A stretch of 20,000 bases of DNA, from positions 53,574 to 73,573 of IMG/VR virus record IMGVR_UViG_3300042540_000681. One strand, 5' to 3'. The DNA comes from an uncultured virus (IMG/VR IMGVR_UViG_3300042540_000681). Its lineage: Duplodnaviria; Heunggongvirae; Uroviricota; Caudoviricetes. The position numbers were made by a program, and so were the translations under genes. Shown in pieces: positions 1 to 8,744 of this stretch; positions within the stretch are counted from its first letter, which is position 1, and every line of letters starts with the position of its first letter. Below the pieces are notes generated by a model, which was given only the letters and a program-made list of their open reading frames with translations, ran no database searches and had not been told where the DNA came from.

Positions 1-1
1 T

Positions 2-55
2 CTTACGATGGTCAAAGGAATGTCCGGTGAAAATGGTGGAGTGTATCATTCGTGA
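2..55 (+). CDS. 3' end of an upstream gene (partial, ...KGMSGENGGVYHS*)
   Basis: Frame 2 is open from the window edge to TGA at 53-55 and overlaps the next GTG start (GTGA), like the coupled junctions elsewhere in this island. Confidence 0.45.
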   Translation, partial: LTMVKGMSGENGGVYHS

Positions 56-732
56 AACTAGCAATCTTTTATCATATAGGACAAATGGGAATAGGTGCTT
101 TCATTTACCAGCAACAATTACATAGATTATATGCTTCAGGATTACTTCAAAATGCTGATTATACTTATTTTAGTGTAAATGGAAGTCAAGAACTTTTTAA
201 TGTTCCTGATAAAGTAATAGTTAAGTATAATAAGGAGGAAGATTGGGGAACTGAAAAAACCACCTTATTAGCACTTAATGATTTCTGTAAGAATAATCCA
301 GATTATAAGGTTCTTTATTTTCATACCAAAGGAGCAACAAAGAATGAACTTTCGGTTCAATCTTGGAGATTAATGATGGAATATTTTGTGATTGATAAAT
401 GGAAGGAATGTATAAAGTATCTAGATACTTATACTTGTGTTGGTTCTCATTTGGGAACTATTGGGCCAAGTATTTGTGCCGATGGTTCTTTAATACCAAA
501 TGATAAGACTTATGCTTATATGGGAAATTTTTGGTGGGCAAATGCTTCCTATATTAATACAATCAAATCACGATACTTAAACTCTGAGTGTAGAATGGAA
601 AAGGAAAGATGGATTGGTGATAGTGATAGTTGCTATCCAAAGACTTTATATAATGATGTATTATTTGAAGAAAATCCTTTTGAGTTTAATAATTATAGTT
701 ATTATTTTAAGGAGGGTGATTATGTTTCGTGA
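52..732 (+). CDS. Hypothetical protein, possibly glycan-modifying or glycosyltransferase-like
   Basis: 226 aa, GTG start with GGAG upstream. Motifs VLYFHTKG, WRLMMEYF and GNFWWANASYI. Function is suggested only by context. Confidence 0.7.
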   Translation: MKLAIFYHIGQMGIGAFIYQQQLHRLYASGLLQNADYTYFSVNGSQELFNVPDKVIVKYNKEEDWGTEKTTLLALNDFCKNNPDYKVLYFHTKGATKNELSVQSWRLMMEYFVIDKWKECIKYLDTYTCVGSHLGTIGPSICADGSLIPNDKTYAYMGNFWWANASYINTIKSRYLNSECRMEKERWIGDSDSCYPKTLYNDVLFEENPFEFNNYSYYFKEGDYVS

Positions 733-1075
733 GTGTGGAGAATGTACTGCCTGCTGTTCTTGGTTGGTGGGCGATGCTTTTGGATGGAAGTTTGGGTGTA
801 GTCAATCTTGTAGATTTCTAGAAGAAGGTGGTTGTGGAGTTCATAAGGCACGACCAGAAGTCTGTAGGAATTATCAGTGTGCTTGGTCTCAACATTTACT
901 TCCAGAAGAAATGAGACCTGATAAGTGTAATGTATTGGTCTCTGTAGAACAAAATGAGAACGGGCAGTATCTAAAGGCAGTTGGAATAAATAATAAAAAG
1001 ATATCTGCTGATGTAAAAGATTGGTTTATAAAGTGGGGAGAGAAAATGAATACTCCAATTATGATATCAGAGTAG
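722..1075 (+). CDS. CxxCxxCC (YkgJ-like) Zn/Fe-chelating cysteine-cluster protein
   Basis: True start is probably ATG 722 (AAGGAGG upstream), not 614. Sequence CGECTACC...CRFL...CGVH.ARPEVCRNYQCAW. Confidence 0.8.
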   Translation: MFRECGECTACCSWLVGDAFGWKFGCSQSCRFLEEGGCGVHKARPEVCRNYQCAWSQHLLPEEMRPDKCNVLVSVEQNENGQYLKAVGINNKKISADVKDWFIKWGEKMNTPIMISE

Positions 1076-1099
1076 TTTCCAAGTCTTTAGAGGTCCCTA

Positions 1100-2278
1100 A
1101 TGCCTACATTTTATAACTTTACGGAAAATGGAGTTGTCTATAGTTTTGATGATGTCTTTGTGCCTGCTGATTTGTTTCGTGATGGGAACTTATTCACTTG
1201 GGGTGCTGGAGGTACTGGAATACTTGGAAATGCAGCAACAACCGATAGATCCACTCCAGTCACCACATCTGCTGGAGGAACCAACTGGAAACAAGTCAGT
1301 GGTGGGGCCGCGCATACAGCAGCAATAAAAACCGATGGAACTTTATGGGTTTGGGGTTCGGGAACTTATGGAAGACTTGGAAATGCATCAACAACCAATA
1401 GATCCACTCCAGTCACCACATTTGCTGGAGGAACCAACTGGAAACAGGTAAGTGCTGGAAATGGTTTGACAGCAGCAATCAAGACCGATGGAACCTTATG
1501 GACTTGGGGTTATGGTGCTAATGGAAGACTTGGAAACGCAGCAACAACCGATAGATCCACTCCAGTCACCACATCTGCTGGAGGAACCAACTGGAAACAG
1601 GTAAGTGCTGGAAATGGTTTGACAGCAGCAATCAAGACCGATGGAACTTTATGGGTTTGGGGTAATAATGCTAGTGGACAACTTGGAAATGCTGGCACAA
1701 CTAGTAGATCCACTCCAGTCACCACATTTGCTGGAGGAACCAACTGGAAACAAGTGAGTTCTGGATTTGAGTTTACAGCAGCAATCAAGACCGATGGAAC
1801 TCTTTGGCTTTGGGGTAAAGGATCTAGTGGTCAACTTGGAAACAATAGTAATGGCGATATATCTACTCCAGTCACCACATTCGCTGGAGGAACCAACTGG
1901 AAACAAGTGGGTGCTGCTGGATACTCTCCAGCAGCAATCAAAACCGATGGAACTCTATGGGTTTGGGGGTTTTCTTTTAGTGGAAGACTTGGAACTGGTG
2001 AGCCGCCATTTACCACTAAATTCACACCAGTCACCACATTCGCTGGAGGAACCAATTGGAAACAAGTCAGTTCTGGATTTAATCACACAACAGCAATCAA
2101 GACCGATGGAACCTTATGGACTTGGGGTTATGGTGCTAATGGAAGACTTGGAAACGCAGCAACAACTGATGTATCCACTCCAGTCACCACATTTGCCGGA
2201 GGAACCAACTGGAAACAAGTGAGTTCTGGAGATAGTGCTCATACAGCAGCACTCACCTACCAAGACCCAGGCATCTAA
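1100..2278 (+). CDS. RCC1/BLIP-II-like repeat beta-propeller protein (7 repeats)
   Basis: About 51-aa repeats W.WG....G.LG......STPVTTFAGGTNWKQVS.G...TAAIKTDGTL, matching the RCC1 pattern. GAGG upstream of the start. Confidence 0.9.
   Translation: MPTFYNFTENGVVYSFDDVFVPADLFRDGNLFTWGAGGTGILGNAATTDRSTPVTTSAGGTNWKQVSGGAAHTAAIKTDGTLWVWGSGTYGRLGNASTTNRSTPVTTFAGGTNWKQVSAGNGLTAAIKTDGTLWTWGYGANGRLGNAATTDRSTPVTTSAGGTNWKQVSAGNGLTAAIKTDGTLWVWGNNASGQLGNAGTTSRSTPVTTFAGGTNWKQVSSGFEFTAAIKTDGTLWLWGKGSSGQLGNNSNGDISTPVTTFAGGTNWKQVGAAGYSPAAIKTDGTLWVWGFSFSGRLGTGEPPFTTKFTPVTTFAGGTNWKQVSSGFNHTTAIKTDGTLWTWGYGANGRLGNAATTDVSTPVTTFAGGTNWKQVSSGDSAHTAALTYQDPGI
1180..2255 (+). repeat. Intragenic tandem repeat, about 7 x 153 bp (one 159-bp unit)
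   Basis: The anchor just before 'CCAGTCACCACAT..GC.GGAGGAACCAA.TGGAAACA' recurs at about 1251, 1404, 1557, 1710, 1863, 2022 and 2175. Confidence 0.95.
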
Positions 2279-2281
2279 ATA
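2275..2281 (+). promoter_or_regulatory. Possible T4-type late promoter (CTAAATA)
   Basis: Variant of TATAAATA about 20 nt upstream of the sulfotransferase ATG. Short AT-rich motif, so weak. Confidence 0.35.
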
Positions 2282-2301
2282 CTCATAACAATCAAAATAT
2301 T

Positions 2302-3084
2302 ATGAAGACATTATATTTTCTTGGAGGACTTCCAAGAAGTGGTTCTACATTATTAGGGTCTATACTCAATCAACATCCAGACATTTATGTATCACCAACA
2401 TCTCCATTAGGTGATGTGGTGACTGATATTGAGCAATCATTCAATAAAGTAGACCAGCAGTTTACCTTTGACCGTAAAGCAATATCTTATAATGTCTACA
2501 AGGCAGTTCTTGCGAACTTTTATAATCATATTCCAAAGTCAACAATCCTAGACAAGCACAGATTTTGGGGTAAGAACCTTGATACGGTTCAAATGTTTCT
2601 TTCAAACAAACCAAAGATTGTAGCAACTTATCGTTCTATTCCAGAAGTTCTTACATCTTATATCTCACTGATAGAAAGAACCAAGCACGAAGATAATTTT
2701 ATTGATAATCATTTGAGACGAGACAATCTTCCAATCACAAATAACAATCGTGCTGATTATATTTGGAGATATTATGTTGCTCCATCTTATGAGAGTATGG
2801 TATATGGTCTCACAAAGTATCCAGACTGGGTTCATCTGGTAGAATATAGTCAACTCATTTCTAATCCACAAGAAGAACTCAATAAGGTCTATGAGTTTTT
2901 AGAAGTTTCTCCTCAAGACAATAACTTCAATGAGATTGAGAATGCTTGTGGAGAACAGAAAGACGAAGCCTGGGGACTAAAAGACCTTCATACCATTCGT
3001 CCAAAGTTATCTAAAATCTCACAAAATCCTATTGATATAATAGGAGAAGAAAATGTAAAACTATATTCCAAGTTTGATTTATGA
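2302..3084 (+). CDS. Sulfotransferase family protein
   Basis: N-terminal PAPS-binding loop GGLPRSGSTLL, and YRSIPEVLTSY resembling the 3'-phosphate-binding R...S motif. Confidence 0.85.
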   Translation: MKTLYFLGGLPRSGSTLLGSILNQHPDIYVSPTSPLGDVVTDIEQSFNKVDQQFTFDRKAISYNVYKAVLANFYNHIPKSTILDKHRFWGKNLDTVQMFLSNKPKIVATYRSIPEVLTSYISLIERTKHEDNFIDNHLRRDNLPITNNNRADYIWRYYVAPSYESMVYGLTKYPDWVHLVEYSQLISNPQEELNKVYEFLEVSPQDNNFNEIENACGEQKDEAWGLKDLHTIRPKLSKISQNPIDIIGEENVKLYSKFDL

Positions 3085-3881
3085 AAACTCATTTGTTAGT
3101 TGTTCTTCAGTCTCATTCAAAAGGAAACCGAGATGATAGTCACGAAAGATATTGTGAAGCACCAAAGATAGAAGTATCATCAAGATGTATTTTTTCTGTA
3201 ATTGATAGTCTTAACTATGCTCAAGAACAATATCCAGATTATGAAATAGAACTCCAAATTTTTGACGACCATTCAGACCAAGAGTTTCTAGATATTCTTC
3301 AAAGATTGATTGATACGGCAAAGTTCAAAGTTAATTTGACCCATCTTGAAACTTATGGTATAATGCCTTCTATACTTCGTTGCTATGAACACGGCAGAGA
3401 TTATGGAAAAGATTGGGTCTACTTTATTCAGGATGACTTTCTTCATCAACAAAACTCTGTTGAGTTGATGATAGATGCTATTAATCAGTTTAGTTGTAAT
3501 CTAGGAAAACCTGCGAGTATCTTTCCATTTAATAAACCAGCAGAGTATCACGATCCTCAAAATACTGCTGTTCCCTGTAATCTTGTTGTTGGGAAAGACC
3601 GTTACTGGAGAACCAACATTCATCCAGCAGTGACTTTGATGACCCATAGTAGTATTATAAAACTTCACTGGGACTTGTTTTATAAAATGGGAACAAGTGA
3701 AGTGAGTGAAACGATGGAAATGGAGAGTATAGATAAAATCTATTATGAAAGAGGATATTATTGCTTTACTCCTATTCCCTCACTAGCACTTCATATGCAA
3801 ACAGAATGGGATAAGGATTTCTTCCTTGATTGGAAGTCTTGGTGGAACGAATACGATTTGGAGAAACTGAATGAAAATTAA
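3081..3881 (+). CDS. Putative GT-A fold glycosyltransferase
   Basis: QIFDDHSD and VYFIQDDFLH acidic motifs. ATGA overlap with the upstream gene. Confidence 0.7.
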   Translation: MKTHLLVVLQSHSKGNRDDSHERYCEAPKIEVSSRCIFSVIDSLNYAQEQYPDYEIELQIFDDHSDQEFLDILQRLIDTAKFKVNLTHLETYGIMPSILRCYEHGRDYGKDWVYFIQDDFLHQQNSVELMIDAINQFSCNLGKPASIFPFNKPAEYHDPQNTAVPCNLVVGKDRYWRTNIHPAVTLMTHSSIIKLHWDLFYKMGTSEVSETMEMESIDKIYYERGYYCFTPIPSLALHMQTEWDKDFFLDWKSWWNEYDLEKLNEN

Positions 3882-4566
3882 TGTATATCTAAGGCACTGT
3901 TATTATTCTAAGATACAGGAAAGTCCGGGAAAACAAAGACCAGAATGGTGGGATAAGGAAAAGGTATTTCAAAACTTCAAGAACACTCTCAATCCAGAAA
4001 CCACAAACTATACACTCATTTACGATGAACACTATGGTAAGATAGAAGATACTTTCCTATCACAAGAAGAGAATGTTCATATTATAAATGCTGGTGGAGA
4101 AGCAAAGAGTTTTATTGAGACTTTGAAGTATATTCAAACTCAAAATCATTCAGCAGAAGATATCATTTATTTTCTTGAAGATGATTATGTTCATCGTCCA
4201 AACTGGGATAAGATTTTGATGGAAGGATTTGAACTTGGTGTTGATTATGTAACTCTTTATGACCACGGTGATAAGTATATGGAGTTTTATAGTGAGTTTA
4301 GAACCAAGGTCTTACACTCAAAATCATCTCACTGGATGGCAACTCCTTCCACCACAAATACTTTTGCTGTGAAGTTTTCAACTCTTATGAAGGACTTTTC
4401 GGTTCATCATAAATATTCTACAGGAGTGGAACCATCAGCAGACCACCAAAAGTTTTTAGAATTAGCACAAAAGGGAAGAGTTCTTATATCTTCAATTCCC
4501 GGTTATTCTACACACTGTCAAGCAGATTTATTATCTCCCTGTATTGATTGGAAAGAATTTTTATGA
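3871..4566 (+). CDS. Putative GT-A fold glycosyltransferase
   Basis: IIYFLEDDYVHRP motif, similar to the preceding gene. C-terminal IPGYSTH. Confidence 0.7.
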   Translation: MKINVYLRHCYYSKIQESPGKQRPEWWDKEKVFQNFKNTLNPETTNYTLIYDEHYGKIEDTFLSQEENVHIINAGGEAKSFIETLKYIQTQNHSAEDIIYFLEDDYVHRPNWDKILMEGFELGVDYVTLYDHGDKYMEFYSEFRTKVLHSKSSHWMATPSTTNTFAVKFSTLMKDFSVHHKYSTGVEPSADHQKFLELAQKGRVLISSIPGYSTHCQADLLSPCIDWKEFL

Positions 4567-5135
4567 AAGTGATGCAGATAGGGTCTAACAAAGGCGACGA
4601 CCATCTATCAAAATATCTTAAAGACAACTATAAAGAATTAGATTTTGGTTTATTTGTAGAAGCAAATCCTCTTCATATTGGTAGTTTACTAAACTGCTAT
4701 TCTTGTTATGAGAATGTTATTGTAGAGAATATTGCGATAAAAGTTCCATCATATCCTGATGATAAAGTAAAACTATATTATCATGAAAATGATGGTCCAA
4801 TGTATCATGTTGCATCATTAGTTAAAGAACATATATTAGTGTATTATTTCCCAGAAGGATTAAGAAGTTTTGATATTCCTTGTATAACACTTGAACAATT
4901 ATTTCACAAATATGAGATTACAACATTAGATTGGTTACTTCTTGATATTGAAGGTATTGATGCTGAGATATTATTAACTACAGATTGGACTAAATACGAT
5001 ATTAACAAAATAGAGTATGAGAAACTGCATTTAGGTTCTCACGAAAAAGAGATTGAAAATTTATTTAAACAACTTGGTTATGCTCAAGTTGAATCTCTTG
5101 ATAAAAAATACGATGTTGCTTGGGAAAAATTATGA
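4563..5135 (+). CDS. FkbM-family SAM-dependent methyltransferase
   Basis: Start at ATG 4563 (ATGA overlap). Motifs MQIGSNKG, FVEANP and LDWLLLDIEG.D. Confidence 0.8.
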   Translation: MKVMQIGSNKGDDHLSKYLKDNYKELDFGLFVEANPLHIGSLLNCYSCYENVIVENIAIKVPSYPDDKVKLYYHENDGPMYHVASLVKEHILVYYFPEGLRSFDIPCITLEQLFHKYEITTLDWLLLDIEGIDAEILLTTDWTKYDINKIEYEKLHLGSHEKEIENLFKQLGYAQVESLDKKYDVAWEKL

Positions 5136-6664
5136 ACATTACACTATATGCTATCTCTAAAAACGAAGAGAAGAACATTGGGAGATTTATTGAAATCTCC
5201 AAGAAGTTTATAAATACCGTTGTAGTTGATACTGGAAGCACAGATAATACAGTAAAACTACTGAAGGAAGCAGGCATTGAAGTCTATGAGCATCCACAAA
5301 CGAGAGATGAATTTGATTTCTCCAAAGTAAGAAATCTGGCACTGTCTTATGTGAAGACTGACTGGGCATTTTCTTTAGACTTTAATGAGGATGTTGATGA
5401 GTTCTTTCCAGAAGGTCTTGATGTGATTGCTGAAGAGTTCACAGCATTCAGGCACGAACGATATGATAAGGTAGGAGACCAAGAACCAACTCCAGGTCAA
5501 ACTGCTCATACTCGGTTTCATAGAACCAAGAACTATACTTGGGTAAATGCCGTTCATGAAAGTCCAGTCTTCATTCCAACTGAAGAACATTTGAATGAGA
5601 GTGCAGTTGATACTACAATTAAGATTACTAAAAATGTTCATAACACTGTAGACAAGCAACTCTTCTATCTGTCTATTTGCGAAAGAGAGTTTGAAAAAGA
5701 TAAGTCAAACACTTATTACCTTTGGTTTATTTTCAAGCATTATTTTGAAGTCAAGAACCTCAATAAGGCACTTGAACTTGGTCAGGAGTATCTAAATCTT
5801 TCTAGAGCATACTTTGACCCCACCAGAATTGATGTGTTTATGATGTGTAGTATTGCTCTCATTAGCACTCAAAATATTCAGCAAGCATCCAACTATGCCT
5901 TTCATGCAGTAAGTGAGGCAATGAATGTTGGTGGAGATGTTATGGGTAAGGCATTTACTCATCTACTTAACATCGGTAAACTCACACAGAACCCAAACAT
6001 TATTGTCTTTGCTTCGGGATTTAATCCAGAGACTTTAAGACTTAAGGAAAGAATGGATGCCATTGATAAACTTTTCCTGACTAATCTAGATGATACTCCA
6101 GCAACTGCTTGGTCTGGCCATCGTCAGTTTGCCGAATGGTTAGTTTCTTATATGAAACCAGAAGTTACTGTTGACCTTGGTGTTGATTGGGGATTTTCCA
6201 CATTTTCACTAGCAATTCCTAGAATTGGTAAAGTATATGGTATTGATAACTTTGTTGGTGATTCCTTTGTTGGAACCGATGAACAAAGACTTAAGTACCA
6301 GTTTGTAACGACAAAAAGAGAAAAACTTCATCTTCAGGATAATCTAACTCTTATTGAAGGTGACTTTAACGAAGTTGCAGAAACCTGGGATAAAAAAATT
6401 GATATTCTTCACATTGATGGAAGTCATAAGTATGAAGATATTAAACAAGATTTTGAAACCTGGAGTAAATTTTTAAATGATGATGGTGTAATTTTAATGC
6501 ACGATACTTGTGTAGAAAATTATAATGGAAATGAATATGGAGTAAAAAGATTTTTTGAAGAGATTGATTTACCTAAAGTAACCTTTACTCATTGCTTTGG
6601 TCTTGGTGTTGTTTCTAAAAATGCACAATTAATTGAAACTATTAAAAACCAATTTAATCTATGA
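5132..6664 (+). CDS. GT2 glycosyltransferase + TPR-like helices + class I (Methyltransf_24-like) methyltransferase fusion
   Basis: N-terminal ISKNEEKNI..., VVVDTGSTDNT, FSKVRNLAL and VHE (GT2). Helical middle region. C-terminal VDLGVDWGFST, IDILHIDGSHKYE and GVILMHD. Confidence 0.85.
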   Translation: MNITLYAISKNEEKNIGRFIEISKKFINTVVVDTGSTDNTVKLLKEAGIEVYEHPQTRDEFDFSKVRNLALSYVKTDWAFSLDFNEDVDEFFPEGLDVIAEEFTAFRHERYDKVGDQEPTPGQTAHTRFHRTKNYTWVNAVHESPVFIPTEEHLNESAVDTTIKITKNVHNTVDKQLFYLSICEREFEKDKSNTYYLWFIFKHYFEVKNLNKALELGQEYLNLSRAYFDPTRIDVFMMCSIALISTQNIQQASNYAFHAVSEAMNVGGDVMGKAFTHLLNIGKLTQNPNIIVFASGFNPETLRLKERMDAIDKLFLTNLDDTPATAWSGHRQFAEWLVSYMKPEVTVDLGVDWGFSTFSLAIPRIGKVYGIDNFVGDSFVGTDEQRLKYQFVTTKREKLHLQDNLTLIEGDFNEVAETWDKKIDILHIDGSHKYEDIKQDFETWSKFLNDDGVILMHDTCVENYNGNEYGVKRFFEEIDLPKVTFTHCFGLGVVSKNAQLIETIKNQFNL

Positions 6665-7017
6665 AGATTACAATTCCAGTATCAGTCGGTGAATTATTAG
6701 ATAAGATTACTATTTTACAAATTAAATCTTTATTCACCGACGATGAATATGTTCAAAAGGAATTGGAAGAACTTTATAGAATTAAAAGTACTCTTACTCA
6801 ATACACTTTAGAATATGAAGTGAGATTGAAGAAAGTTAATGAAAAACTTTGGAAAATAGAGGATCAGTTGAGAAAGTTGGAGAAAGAACAAAGATTTGAT
6901 GAAGAGTTCGTTGAACTTGCTCGTAGTGTTTATAAATTAAATGACCGAAGAGCACAGATAAAAAAAGAAATAAATGAACTGACTAATTCAAACTATAAAG
7001 AAATTAAGATTTATTGA
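6661..7017 (+). CDS. Conserved coiled-coil hypothetical protein (DUF6165-like)
   Basis: IPVSVGELLDKITILQIK...VNEKLWKIED..R..E...F...FVELARSVY..ND.RA.IK.EIN, a family commonly found beside GT/TPR genes. Confidence 0.75.
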   Translation: MKITIPVSVGELLDKITILQIKSLFTDDEYVQKELEELYRIKSTLTQYTLEYEVRLKKVNEKLWKIEDQLRKLEKEQRFDEEFVELARSVYKLNDRRAQIKKEINELTNSNYKEIKIY

Positions 7018-7020
7018 AAC

Positions 7021-7049
7021 TTGATTTTTATATAAAAATCAGTTATAAT
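7021..7049 (+). promoter_or_regulatory. Sigma70-type promoter with a 20-bp perfect palindrome in the -35/spacer region
   Basis: TTGATT (7021-7026), 17 nt, TATAAT (7044-7049). TGATTTTTATATAAAAATCA (7022-7041) is self-complementary. Confidence 0.65.
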
Positions 7050-7085
7050 GCTAAGTAATAAATAATCCAAATCATTCATATTTTT

Positions 7086-8744
7086 ATGGCAGTAGATGAA
7101 CTGAACTTTGTAAAACTTGCTTTAGAGAATGGAGGATCAATTCATCCACTTATTCTTCCACACGAAGAACTTAAGGGACCAGCACTCACAAACCCTTCAA
7201 TTTATCTTGATGGAGATAAGTTACTAGTTAATCTTAGAAACATTAATTACACTCTTTATCATTCAGAAAAAAGAAAATTTGAACATCCTTGGGGCCCTCT
7301 CGTTTATATTCATCCAGAAAACGATTGGCGTCTTCGCACTTGGAATTATCTGTGCGAAATGGATGATAATATGAGAATCAAATCTTATCATCGTATAGAC
7401 ACCTCAAGTTTTCCCGATAAAGAACTTTGGGATTTTGTGGGATTAGAAGATTGCCGTATTGTTCGTTGGAACAATAAACTCTATATGACTGGAGTAAGGA
7501 GGGATCTGGATACGATTGGAACGGGTCGTATGGAACTTTCCGAAATTGAATTTACCGAAAATGGTGTAAAGGAAGTAAGTCAACATCGTATTCCTGCCCC
7601 ACCTCCAGACCAAGAGTATTGCAACAAGAACTGGATGCCTATTCTTGATATGCCATATCATTATGTGAAATGGACAAATGGTACTGAAATTGTTAGATAT
7701 AATATTGATACGAATACTACAGAGACTGTTCTAAGAAGAGATTGGAAAGATTTTGGAACCACTGATCTTCGTGGTGGTTCTCAGATTATTCCTCTGGGTG
7801 ACAATTATAGATTCTGTTTGACTCACGAAACTTATCTGACTCAAAGTGCCGCTGGAAGAAAAGATGGTGTGTATCGTCATCGTTTCATTGTCTGGGACAA
7901 GGAATGGAATATTGTTAAAGTATCAAGGCAATTCTCATTTATGAATGCCGAGATTGAATTTGCCGTTGGTATGGTAGAATATAAAGGTAATTATCTGATT
8001 ACTTTTGGGTATCAAGATAATGCAGCATATTTGGTTAAGGTATCCAAAGAATTTGTATTGGATTTTATTGGGATTGAAAATACATCAGAATCTCAACCAG
8101 AATCATTTCCGCCATTCACTGGATATCCTACAGAATCATTAGAAGGTCATATCTATTATACAAATGAAGAATGGACTTCACGACCTTTTTATGTCAACAT
8201 TATTGAATTTCTCAAAGAAAGACAAATCAAATCAGTTCTAGATGTAGGTGGATGCACTGGGGAAGTTCCTAAAATTATGTTTGATAAAATTTCATCATTG
8301 GAGACTGCTTTGATTCTTGAACCAGTATCAGTAAACTTTAATTTTATTCAAGATAGATTTAAGAACGAATATCGTATTAAAGTAATTAATAAAGCACTTT
8401 ATTATGGTGCTGACTTCATTTCATTGGGTCAATCTGATGGAAATGTAGGTGGATATAATATGCATTCCGATAATCATAATGTACAGTTCAACGACATTCC
8501 TACAACGACTTTAGAGAATCTTCCGAAATACGATTTCCTTAAGATTGATATTGAAGGTGCCGAAAGAAATATACTAGAAAATGCAAGTTGTTTTGTAGAC
8601 TTCAAATATATTGCAATTGAATTCCACGATGAAATGGGAAGTACTTGGCCAGAATTGGTTGAGAAATATATTCCCACTCATAAGATTGCGGTGGATGGTA
8701 GATTGTATGGAAACCCAGAATCAGTATTGCTTGAATTGAAATAA
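7086..8744 (+). CDS. Glycoside-hydrolase-like beta-propeller (GH43/GH130/DUF377-like) fused to an FkbM methyltransferase
   Basis: N-terminal NPSI, GLEDCR, KNWMP, LRGGS and IEFAVG blade motifs. C-terminal VLDVGGCTG, ILEPV and FLKIDIEGAE...EFH. Confidence 0.75.
   Translation: MAVDELNFVKLALENGGSIHPLILPHEELKGPALTNPSIYLDGDKLLVNLRNINYTLYHSEKRKFEHPWGPLVYIHPENDWRLRTWNYLCEMDDNMRIKSYHRIDTSSFPDKELWDFVGLEDCRIVRWNNKLYMTGVRRDLDTIGTGRMELSEIEFTENGVKEVSQHRIPAPPPDQEYCNKNWMPILDMPYHYVKWTNGTEIVRYNIDTNTTETVLRRDWKDFGTTDLRGGSQIIPLGDNYRFCLTHETYLTQSAAGRKDGVYRHRFIVWDKEWNIVKVSRQFSFMNAEIEFAVGMVEYKGNYLITFGYQDNAAYLVKVSKEFVLDFIGIENTSESQPESFPPFTGYPTESLEGHIYYTNEEWTSRPFYVNIIEFLKERQIKSVLDVGGCTGEVPKIMFDKISSLETALILEPVSVNFNFIQDRFKNEYRIKVINKALYYGADFISLGQSDGNVGGYNMHSDNHNVQFNDIPTTTLENLPKYDFLKIDIEGAERNILENASCFVDFKYIAIEFHDEMGSTWPELVEKYIPTHKIAVDGRLYGNPESVLLELK

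Noticed and set aside
614..721. N-terminal extension of the CxxCxxCC ORF
   Set aside because: It overlaps the upstream gene by more than 100 nt, and ATG 722 has a strong SD.
1128..2222. Alternative-frame and antisense ORFs over the RCC1 gene
   Set aside because: Shadow ORFs produced by the repetitive, stop-poor coding sequence.
1180..2255. CRISPR array or DGR template/variable repeat pair
   Set aside because: The repeats are in-frame coding units of 153 bp. The long duplicates are exact rather than adenine-mutated, and no reverse transcriptase or cas gene is in the window.
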